From the NCBI GenBank assembly GCA_046331705.1, contig JAXLQJ010000031.1:62001-85858 (forward strand): a stretch of DNA of 23,858 nt. The letters are read 5' to 3'. Positions 9,124 to 15,938 of this stretch are shown here, one piece after another. How positions within the stretch are numbered: the first letter of the stretch is position 1; every line of letters begins with the position of its first letter. Source of the stretch: a bacterium (GTDB taxonomy: Bacteria; JADJOY01). The translations under genes and the position numbers were made by a program. The notes below the pieces were generated by a model. The model was not told where the DNA came from. It was given only the letters and a program-made list of their open reading frames with translations, and ran no database searches.

Positions 9124-9146
9124 GTTTTTGACGGATCGTCAAAAAC
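9124..9146. promoter_or_regulatory. Perfect palindromic operator, copy 2 (GTTTTTGACG-GAT-CGTCAAAAAC)
   Basis: Perfect 10-bp arms around a 3-nt spacer, about 30 bp upstream of the Rieske start and immediately downstream of a predicted -10 box. Confidence 0.8.
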
Positions 9147-9147
9147 C

Positions 9148-9176
9148 ACCTTAGCCCTGGAAAAGTGGGCACGCAA
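9148..9176 (-). promoter_or_regulatory. Predicted sigma70-type promoter for the Rieske gene
   Basis: Minus strand reads TTGCGT (9176-9171), 17 bp, TAAGGT (9153-9148). Confidence 0.6.
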
Positions 9177-9268
9177 GGGCGAAGCCACGTCGGAGGCGGG
9201 CGCGCGCCCCAAGCGCGTTCGTCGCCCGTCGGCGTGCAGCGGTCAGCGATCGTGGCCTCGGCGCGGTG

Positions 9269-9305
9269 ATAGCTCTTGGCTACTGAATCGAGACAAAAGT
9301 TGTAT
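9269..9305 (+). promoter_or_regulatory. OxyR-like binding site upstream of dps
   Basis: ATAG-N7-CTAC-N7-AGAC-N7-GTAT versus the OxyR consensus ATAG-N7-CTAT-N7-ATAG-N7-CTAT: 12/16 matches with exact spacing. Confidence 0.6.
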
Positions 9306-9394
9306 TGGGCGGATCACGTGTCGAGGTGCATGTTGGGCTCGCCGAGCGGGGCCATGCCGGTCTCGCGCAACGGAACGAAAGGCAGGAAACGACC

Positions 9395-9871
9395 ATGTAT
9401 CCGAGTCCCAGCAAGCTCTCCGAAGTCGCTCGCCAGTCGCTCTCGGAGACCCTCAACGCGCGTCTCGCCGACGGCCTGGATCTCTTCAGTCAGATCAAAG
9501 TCGCGCACTGGAACATCAAGGGGCCGCAGTTCCCGTCGTTGCACCCGCTCTTCGAGACCTTTGCGGTGAGCCTCGCGAACCACAACGACGCCATCGCCGA
9601 GCGCGCCGTCACGCTCGGCGGCAAGGCGTACGGTACGGCGCGGCGGGTGGCGCGCTCGTCGCGGCTCCCCGAGTATCCCGAGGAGACGACCCGCGACATG
9701 GAGCACGTGGCGCTGCTCGCGGACCGGATCGAGGCCTATCTCGACGGCTTGCGCGAGTCCCGTGCCGTCGCCGAGCGCGCCGGCGACACGGACACGGTCG
9801 ATCTGCTGACCGGTATCGTCACCGAGTTCGAGAAGCACGCCTGGTTCCTGCGGGCGTCGCTGGCGAGCTGA
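9395..9871 (+). CDS. dps: DNA starvation/stationary phase protection protein Dps
   Basis: ATG at 9395 after AGGA. Motifs KVAHWNIKGPQFPSLHPLFE, DAIAERAVTLGG, DTDTVDLL and EKHAWFLRA. Confidence 0.96.
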   Translation: MYPSPSKLSEVARQSLSETLNARLADGLDLFSQIKVAHWNIKGPQFPSLHPLFETFAVSLANHNDAIAERAVTLGGKAYGTARRVARSSRLPEYPEETTRDMEHVALLADRIEAYLDGLRESRAVAERAGDTDTVDLLTGIVTEFEKHAWFLRASLAS

Positions 9872-10085
9872 GCGTGAGGTCTCGTTGGAGCGCGGCGCGC
9901 CGTCGCTGCCGAGGGAGGCGAGCGATGGCCACGATGGCGCTCTTCGGTGCGCGGTCCGGTGCGTTGCGCGCCGCGTCCGGACCGGACCATCGGCTCTTCC
10001 TCCGGACCGTGGGGTTGGCTCGGCCGCGCGGCGCGTCGCGATCGGGGCTGGTCGCATGGGCAGGATCGAGGTTGCGCGGATCGTG

Positions 10086-10952
10086 TCAGGCGTCTCGCGC
10101 GCAGCGGAACCCGTAGCTATAGCCCCAGAACGACGGTCCGAGCGCGCCGCGATGCGTGGCACGCAGCGAGAACGCGGTATTGAGCCACGACCCGCCGCGC
10201 ACGACCCGCTCGGTTCCGGTGGCCGGACCGGATGGGTTCGTGGCCGGGCTCTCCGCGTAGTAGCCGGCGCCGAACCAGTCCCCGACCCACTCCCAGACAT
10301 TCCCCGCCATGTCGAGCGCGCCATGCGGAGACGTGCCGGCCGGACGCGAGCCCACGACGTTGGTACCGCCGATCCCGCACCCGCTGCCGCCGTTGCCGGG
10401 ATCGTTCATCAGCGCGTACGCGCAGCTCGGCGAATCGGCCCCCCACGGATAGGTGCGCATGTCGCGACCTCGTGCCGCCTTCTCCCACTCCGCCTCCGTG
10501 GGAAGGCGCTTGCCCGACCACGAGCAGTGGGACTGCGCCTTGGCCCAGTCCACGCAGTTGACGGGATGAGCGCCGCGGGTTGGCGCGTCCCAATTGCACG
10601 CGGAGTTGGTGCCGTACGTTTCGTTCGGCGCGGCGCAGGCGGACGCCGCGACACACTCCGCGTACGCGTCCACGGTCACCTCCCAACGGTCGATCCAGTA
10701 CGCGCTCAGGCTCACGCTGTGCACCGGCGTCTCGACCTCCGAGCCGCTCGCCGATCCCATGGAGAAGTCGCCCGCAGGCACGAACACCATCTCGGGATCG
10801 CAGGTCGTGGGAGGTTCGCTGTGCGTCCACGCACAGCTGTCGGCCGACTCGAAGCCGTTCTGCCACACGAGCTCGGGTTGGCTGGCCAACACCACGGACC
10901 GCCAGGCGAGCACGATTCCGACTCCGACCGTCGCAGCCCCTCGTCGCGGCAT
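10086..10952 (-). CDS. Secreted formylglycine-generating enzyme (FGE-sulfatase/SUMF1) domain protein, non-catalytic type
   Basis: Signal-peptide-like N-terminus. Motifs MVFVPAGDFSMGS, HPVNCVDW, RLPTEAEWEKAARG, DMAGNVWEW and RGGSW...GFRCAR. Lacks the catalytic Cys pair of true FGE after RGGS. Confidence 0.9.
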   Translation of the reverse strand: MPRRGAATVGVGIVLAWRSVVLASQPELVWQNGFESADSCAWTHSEPPTTCDPEMVFVPAGDFSMGSASGSEVETPVHSVSLSAYWIDRWEVTVDAYAECVAASACAAPNETYGTNSACNWDAPTRGAHPVNCVDWAKAQSHCSWSGKRLPTEAEWEKAARGRDMRTYPWGADSPSCAYALMNDPGNGGSGCGIGGTNVVGSRPAGTSPHGALDMAGNVWEWVGDWFGAGYYAESPATNPSGPATGTERVVRGGSWLNTAFSLRATHRGALGPSFWGYSYGFRCARDA

Positions 10953-11054
10953 CCGAGGTCCTCCCGCTGCGCGAACGTAGCACCTGGCTGAAGCACACCC
11001 GCAGCTTCGCCGCGAGACGGGGTGTCGCGTGGCCGACCCGCGGGCGCTCGGAGA

Positions 11055-11870
11055 TCAGCGCGGCGTCGCGAATCGCTCACACGCGGCGCGGGTGACCTCG
11101 TCGAGCGGGTAGTAGGCCTCGATGCGCAGCTCCTGGACGAGCACGTTCTGCGGCGCACTGAAGGCGGTGAGTGTGGTCAGGAAGCTCAGCACCTCGTCGC
11201 CGGCGGCGAGGCGAAGGGTGAAGCACGGCTGCGCCGGCTCCGAGAGATCGGGCTGGCGCCATTCCTTGGGGATGTCGGGAAGCGCCAGCAGCCGGCCGAG
11301 AAGTGCAGAGACCGAGCCGTCGTCGAGCTCGCCGAGCGCTTCGCGGTGCAGCCGATCGAGGGTGAGCCGTGCGGTTTGGTCCCAGTTCAGGATGAACGGC
11401 TTGAGCTGCGCCGGATCGAACATCGCGTCCAGCAGGTTGAAGGTGGCCGGGTCGGGCGGTGCCGGCAGGATGTGTGCGAGCAGTGCGAAGGCACCGGCGT
11501 TGGCGTCGATGAGGTCGTAGGTACGGCTCATGATCGCGAGCGGGAAGGGCTCGTGCTTCGCCTTCATCTGCTCGAGGGTGGCGCGGATGAGGTCGGGCAG
11601 CGCGCCGCGATCGGCATCGCCGAACTCGGCGTCGAAGCCCGCCGCGCGCAGCAGCGCATTCTGATCGCGTAACGGCACGTCGAGCGTGGCGCCGAGGCGC
11701 AGCGCCATGTCGCGGCTGGGCTTGGCGCGGCCGGTCTCGAGGAAGCTCACGTGGCGCGCGGACACCTCGGCGGCGAGCGCCAGATCGAGCTGGCTCAAGC
11801 CGCGGCGCGCGCGCCAATGCTTGAGCAGCGCGGGAAAGAGGCCGGCGTTGGGGATGGCTCGATTCGTCAT
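11055..11870 (-). CDS. XRE-family HTH regulator with MmyB-like ligand-binding domain
   Basis: N-terminus LLKHWRARRGLSQLDLALAAEVSARHVSFLETGRAKPSR; C-terminal HEPFPLAI, LSFLTTLTAF and ELRIEAYYPLD. Confidence 0.93.
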   Translation of the reverse strand: MTNRAIPNAGLFPALLKHWRARRGLSQLDLALAAEVSARHVSFLETGRAKPSRDMALRLGATLDVPLRDQNALLRAAGFDAEFGDADRGALPDLIRATLEQMKAKHEPFPLAIMSRTYDLIDANAGAFALLAHILPAPPDPATFNLLDAMFDPAQLKPFILNWDQTARLTLDRLHREALGELDDGSVSALLGRLLALPDIPKEWRQPDLSEPAQPCFTLRLAAGDEVLSFLTTLTAFSAPQNVLVQELRIEAYYPLDEVTRAACERFATPR

Positions 11871-11905
11871 GGCGGCATGGTCGCTCCGTGACGCGCCATC
11901 GTCAC

Positions 11906-11921
11906 TTACCTGGCGAGGTCG
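11906..11921. promoter_or_regulatory. Candidate XRE operator (TTACCT-GGCG-AGGTCG; core ACCT-N4-AGGT)
   Basis: Short inverted repeat in the divergent gap between the regulator and the hydrolase. Confidence 0.4.
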
Positions 11922-11983
11922 TTGCGGCGAGGGGGCGGAGCGCGCACCTTCCCGTCACACCCGCTCGCGAGGAGGAACGCATC

Positions 11984-12871
11984 ATGGCCACGCTCACCGA
12001 AGCCGACGTCGCCCGCGCGCTCCGTGCCGCCGACGTCACCCGCATCGACGTCGGCAACGCACGTCTCGCGCATTGGAAGCTCGGCACCGGACCCGATCTG
12101 GTCTTCGTCCACGGCTGGCCACTTCACTCGGCGACCTACCGCGCGGTGGTGCCGGCGCTCGCCGATTCGTTCACCTGTCACCTCGTCGATCTGCCGGGTG
12201 CCGGGCGCTCGCAGCACGACGCAAGCAACGACTTCACGCTGCGCGGGATGGCGGCGTCGCTGCGGCGGGCGCTGGATGCTCTCGGGCTGGCCCGCTACGG
12301 GCTCGTGGCCCACGACAGCGGCGCGGGAATCGCGCGCTTCGTGGCGGCCGACGACGCGCGAGTCGCCGGCATGGTGTTCGGCGACACCGAGATCCCTGGG
12401 CACACGCCGTGGCTCATCGCGCTCTATCGAACGACGCTCGCCGTCCCCGGTGGCGTGGAGGTGGTGCGCGCGCTGCTCAGGCTCGGCGCCGTACGCCGCT
12501 CACCGCTCGGCTTCGGGGGTTGCTTTCGTGACCCGCGCTTCGTCGACGGCGATTTCGACGCGTGGTTCGTGCGGCCCCTGCTCACCGACCGGCATTACCT
12601 CGACGCTCAGCTCGGACTGTTGCGTCATCTGGATGCGAGCGAGGTGGAGCGCCTCCGCGACGTGCACGCGAAGATCCGGGTCCCCGTGCGGCTGGTGTGG
12701 GGCACCGACGATCCGATCTTTCCGATCGCGAAGGCGCGCGCGATGCAGAGCCAGTTCGCCGGGCGCGTCGATTGGGTGGAGATTCCCGGCGCCCGCGCGT
12801 TCCACCACGAGGACCACGCCGACCACTTCGCCGCTCAGGTGCGCGAGCACTTCACGCGCGTCTTCGCGTGA
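11984..12871 (+). CDS. Alpha/beta fold hydrolase (epoxide hydrolase/dehalogenase-like)
   Basis: GAGGAGG RBS before ATG at 11984. Motifs FVHGWP, DLPGAGRS, nucleophile elbow AHDSGA and VWGTDDPIFP. Confidence 0.92.
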   Translation: MATLTEADVARALRAADVTRIDVGNARLAHWKLGTGPDLVFVHGWPLHSATYRAVVPALADSFTCHLVDLPGAGRSQHDASNDFTLRGMAASLRRALDALGLARYGLVAHDSGAGIARFVAADDARVAGMVFGDTEIPGHTPWLIALYRTTLAVPGGVEVVRALLRLGAVRRSPLGFGGCFRDPRFVDGDFDAWFVRPLLTDRHYLDAQLGLLRHLDASEVERLRDVHAKIRVPVRLVWGTDDPIFPIAKARAMQSQFAGRVDWVEIPGARAFHHEDHADHFAAQVREHFTRVFA

Positions 12872-12883
12872 AACGGCCGTCGA

Positions 12884-12913
12884 TTGAGTGCTCGGGCCCC
12901 CCTCCGGTACGAT
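12884..12913 (+). promoter_or_regulatory. Predicted sigma70-type promoter of the toxin-antitoxin operon
   Basis: TTGAGT (12884-12889), 18 bp, TACGAT (12908-12913). Confidence 0.45.
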
Positions 12914-12931
12914 CCACCTATGGAGGTGGCT

Positions 12932-13183
12932 ATGGAGCTCAGCAAGAAGACCACGATTCTCTTTCCGCCGGAGCTGCACGAGCGCTTGATTCGTCTGGCG
13001 AAACGGCGGCGGACCAGCCTCGGTGCGCTGATTCGCCGCGCGTGCGAACGGGAGTACGGCCAAGCCTCTGCCGAGGAACGTGTGGCGGCGGTACGTGAGC
13101 TCGAGTCGCTGGGTCTGCCGGTGGCGTCCCCTCGCGTGATGAAGCGGCAGTCGGTCATCGCAGTCGAAGACGCGCCGTCGTGA
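12932..13183 (+). CDS. vapB: Ribbon-helix-helix (CopG-like) antitoxin, VapB type
   Basis: GGAGGT RBS. KKTTILFPPELHERLIRLAKRRRTSLGALIRRAC fits the RHH pattern. Stop overlaps the toxin start (TGATG). Confidence 0.85.
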   Translation: MELSKKTTILFPPELHERLIRLAKRRRTSLGALIRRACEREYGQASAEERVAAVRELESLGLPVASPRVMKRQSVIAVEDAPS

Positions 13184-13590
13184 TGCTCGTGGACGCCAAC
13201 GTGCTGATGTACGCCGCCGGAGCCGTGCATCCGCACAAGGCGGCGAGCGTTCGCTTTCTCGGGCGTGTGGCCGAATCGAAGGTCGATGCCGTCGTCGATG
13301 CGGAGGTGCTTCAGGAGGTTCTCCACCGCTACCGCGCGCTGCGACGCTGGTCCGATGGGCGTCGTGTGTACGATTTGGCGCGTCGAGTCTTTGCCGTGGT
13401 GCTCCCGATCACTGGCGAGGACGTCGACCGGGCACGCGAGCTCATGGACGAGCACCGCGGCCTGATGGCGCGCGACGCGCTCCATTGCGCGATCGCCGAG
13501 CGCAACACGGGCGGCCTGATCGTGAGCTTCGATCGCGATCTCGACGTCGTCGCCGGCGTGCATCGCATCGAGCCGGATCGCGCCACCTGA
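13183..13590 (+). CDS. vapC: Type II toxin-antitoxin VapC PIN-domain ribonuclease
   Basis: PIN acidic residues in LVDANVL, EVLQEV, ARDALH and SFDRDLD. Alternative GTG start at 13180. Confidence 0.93.
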   Translation: MLVDANVLMYAAGAVHPHKAASVRFLGRVAESKVDAVVDAEVLQEVLHRYRALRRWSDGRRVYDLARRVFAVVLPITGEDVDRARELMDEHRGLMARDALHCAIAERNTGGLIVSFDRDLDVVAGVHRIEPDRAT

Positions 13591-13631
13591 CGGATTTGGC
13601 GGCCTCGTCGGCCGACGTCGAGCACCTGCGT

Positions 13632-14603
13632 TCAGGCCGTCGCAGCGCGGGCGTCGAGGCGGGTGAGGCCGGCGGCGCGGGCGTGCTCGATGGCCGTGCG
13701 GTACTCGGCGGCCGTGATGCGGCGGGCGATCTCCGGGTATTCGGCGGCGCGGTAGTCGGGGTGGTACTGCGCCATCACGTTCACGTAGGTCGCCGGGGAG
13801 AGCGCCGTGGCGATCCAGCGCAGGATCTCGCCCGTCTCGTCGAGGGCACCCGGCATCACCAGATGCCGCACCAGCACGCCACGCCGCGCCAGCCCATCGG
13901 GACCGATCTGCAGCAAGCCCACCTGACGATGCATCTCGGCGACGGCGGCGCGGGCGCGCTCGGGATAGTCCTTCGCCTTCAAGTAGGTGCGCGAGCGTTC
14001 GCGGCTCCAGTACTTGAAATCCGGCATGTAGATGTCGACCACGTCTTCCACGTGGCGCAGGCTTTCGAGCGAGTCGTAGCCGCTGGTGTTGTAGACGAGC
14101 GGCAGCCGGAGCCCTTTCCGCGCCGCCACCCACACGCCTTCGAGCACCTGGGGCACCACGTGCTCGGGCGTGACGAAGTTGATGTTGTGACAGCCGCGTC
14201 GCTCGAGCTCGAGCATGATCTCGGCGAGCCCGTCGGCATCGACCTCGCGGCCTTCGCCCGCTTGGCTGGTGTCGTGGTTCTGGCAGAACACGCATTTCAG
14301 GTTGCAGAACGAGAAGAAGATCGTGCCCGAGCCGGCCCAGCCACGTAGCACGTCCTCCTCGCCGAAATGCGCGAAATGCCCGCTCACGCGAGCGCGGCGC
14401 CCGGTGCTGCACACCTTGGTCTGGTCGGCGAGACGATCGATCCGGCAGTTCCGCGGACAGACCTCGCAGCGCGACAGCCGCGCGACCGCGGCTTCGACCT
14501 TTCGTTCCAGCGCGCCGCTCGCGAGGCTGCGAACGTAGGCCGGCTCGAAGCCCGCAGGGCCGCCGAAGCGCGACGACCGCATCGAGACGCGTCCTTCCGC
14601 CAT
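13632..14603 (-). CDS. pflX: Radical SAM protein, PflX family
   Basis: N-terminal CEVCPRNC...C cluster; HFGEE, GSGTIFF; radical SAM motif CNLKCVFCQN; HNINFVTP, DIYMPDFKY, VRHLVMPG and VNVMAQYHP. Confidence 0.9.
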   Translation of the reverse strand: MAEGRVSMRSSRFGGPAGFEPAYVRSLASGALERKVEAAVARLSRCEVCPRNCRIDRLADQTKVCSTGRRARVSGHFAHFGEEDVLRGWAGSGTIFFSFCNLKCVFCQNHDTSQAGEGREVDADGLAEIMLELERRGCHNINFVTPEHVVPQVLEGVWVAARKGLRLPLVYNTSGYDSLESLRHVEDVVDIYMPDFKYWSRERSRTYLKAKDYPERARAAVAEMHRQVGLLQIGPDGLARRGVLVRHLVMPGALDETGEILRWIATALSPATYVNVMAQYHPDYRAAEYPEIARRITAAEYRTAIEHARAAGLTRLDARAATA

Positions 14604-14634
14604 GCCCCCAGTGTGGCGTATCGGGCGGGCGGGC

Positions 14635-15270
14635 TCAGTGCGCGGCGCGCTCCTGGTGGTGGCGCGCCAGCGCGACGAAGCGATCCAGCTCCTCGGAGCT
14701 CGCGAACACCCGCCGCGGGATCGAGTGCGCAGAGATGTTGGACGTGTAGACGTAGACGCCGTCGGCGTCGTCCTCGATTCGCTCGATCGCCTGCCAGCGG
14801 ATCCGTGCATCGAAGAGCGGGGCTTCGATCAGGAAATGGCTGGGCGAGATCTGCATGCGGCGCGGACCGACCAATCCCAGATTGGATCCGCCCGCGAGCG
14901 CGCGCTCGCTCTGCTTGGCGATCGCCCACCGGAAGTAGGACGGAAAGAGCAGCGTGACCAGGGCGATGATCGCGCCGCCGATGGCGAGGCTCGTGAGCGA
15001 GAGCGAACGGCCCGACTCGCGCACCGGCACCACCCATACGATCCACGCGAAGAGCAGCAGGATGATGCCGCTGCCGATCTGCGTTCGCCGGATCACCCGC
15101 AGCGCGCGCGGCGTCTTGCTCTGGGCACGGACGAGATAGGCCACCACGTCGTCGAGCGTGGCGTCGAAGCGCACCTCGGCGATCTCGCCGGACTCGTCGA
15201 AGGTCACCGTTCCGTGGCCCGTGTTGCTCGCGGCCGTGGGCGCCGAGTAGGGATTCGCGGTCGATTCCAT
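14635..15270 (-). CDS. YcxB-like membrane protein (paralog 2)
   Basis: N-terminal NPYSAP, two hydrophobic segments, C-terminal RW..IERI...VYVY....AHSIPRRVF domain. Alternative TTG start at 15306 overlaps the upstream stop. Confidence 0.8.
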   Translation of the reverse strand: MESTANPYSAPTAASNTGHGTVTFDESGEIAEVRFDATLDDVVAYLVRAQSKTPRALRVIRRTQIGSGIILLLFAWIVWVVPVRESGRSLSLTSLAIGGAIIALVTLLFPSYFRWAIAKQSERALAGGSNLGLVGPRRMQISPSHFLIEAPLFDARIRWQAIERIEDDADGVYVYTSNISAHSIPRRVFASSEELDRFVALARHHQERAAH

Positions 15271-15302
15271 CGCAAGTGCAACTCGCCCGCGCGTTGGTTC
15301 GG

Positions 15303-15938
15303 TCAATTCTCTTGCGCGGCGGCCTGGTACTGCCGGGCCATCGCCACGAACGCTTCGAACTCGGCGTCACTCGCGAACGCGCGGCGGGGGACGACGTAGC
15401 CGCTATTGGCCGACACGTAGACGTAGAGCGCGTGTTCCGACTCGACGATGCGCTCGACTGCCGGCCAGCGCACCTGATCGTCGGTGTAGGGGCCTTCGCA
15501 GCGAAACGAGCGCGGCGCGATCGTGACGCGCCGCGGCCCGACGCTACCGAGGTTGCGGCTCGCGGCCAACGAGCGCCGCGTGATCCGCCTGCCCATGGTT
15601 CGCTGAAATCCTGCGTAGAAGAGGGCGAAGAGAGCGACCAGGACCGCCGTGACGATGGATCCGACGTCGAGCTCGCGTTCGGCCCACCATTTCGCAAGTG
15701 CGGTGGACACCATGAGCGCGACGTAGAACGCGAACGCCACCTGGAAGACGCGACGCTGACGTCTGCCCGACGGCGAGCTCACCAGATGGGCCGCGGAGAA
15801 CTCCGCCAGATCGTCCGCGGTGATGTCGACGTCGATGTGACGGGCCTCCGCGCCGGTCGCATCGGTGTGCGCGACCACCCGTGCCGGTGCCGCGGCAGCA
15901 ACCGTCGGCGGCGCGTAGGGATTTGCGCCGTCGCTCAC
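15303..15938 (-). CDS. YcxB-like membrane protein (paralog 1)
   Basis: GTG start overlaps the ACAD stop (GTGA). NPYAPP, two hydrophobic segments, RWPAVERI...LYVYVS...VVPRRAF. Corresponds to the C-terminal third of the 618-aa ORF call. Confidence 0.8.
   Translation of the reverse strand: MSDGANPYAPPTVAAAAPARVVAHTDATGAEARHIDVDITADDLAEFSAAHLVSSPSGRRQRRVFQVAFAFYVALMVSTALAKWWAERELDVGSIVTAVLVALFALFYAGFQRTMGRRITRRSLAASRNLGSVGPRRVTIAPRSFRCEGPYTDDQVRWPAVERIVESEHALYVYVSANSGYVVPRRAFASDAEFEAFVAMARQYQAAAQEN

Noticed and set aside
9124..9146. FNR/CRP site as the explanation for the palindromes
   Set aside because: FNR is TTGAT-N4-ATCAA. Both copies here have a 5-nt spacer between the TTGAC and RTCAA half-sites, and copy 2 sits in a repressor position.
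9925..10116. Small ORF (63 aa) preceded by GAGGGAGG downstream of dps
   Set aside because: Arg/Ala/Gly-rich with no recognisable motif, and it overlaps the end of the opposite-strand FGE gene. The SD-like sequence may be chance in GC-rich DNA.
10086..10200. Diversity-generating retroelement target: the FGE/C-type-lectin C-terminus RGGSW...GFRC is a typical variable-region host
   Set aside because: No reverse transcriptase, no second near-identical template repeat differing at adenines, and no clear hairpin right after the gene in this window. A remote template cannot be excluded without a genome-wide BLASTN.
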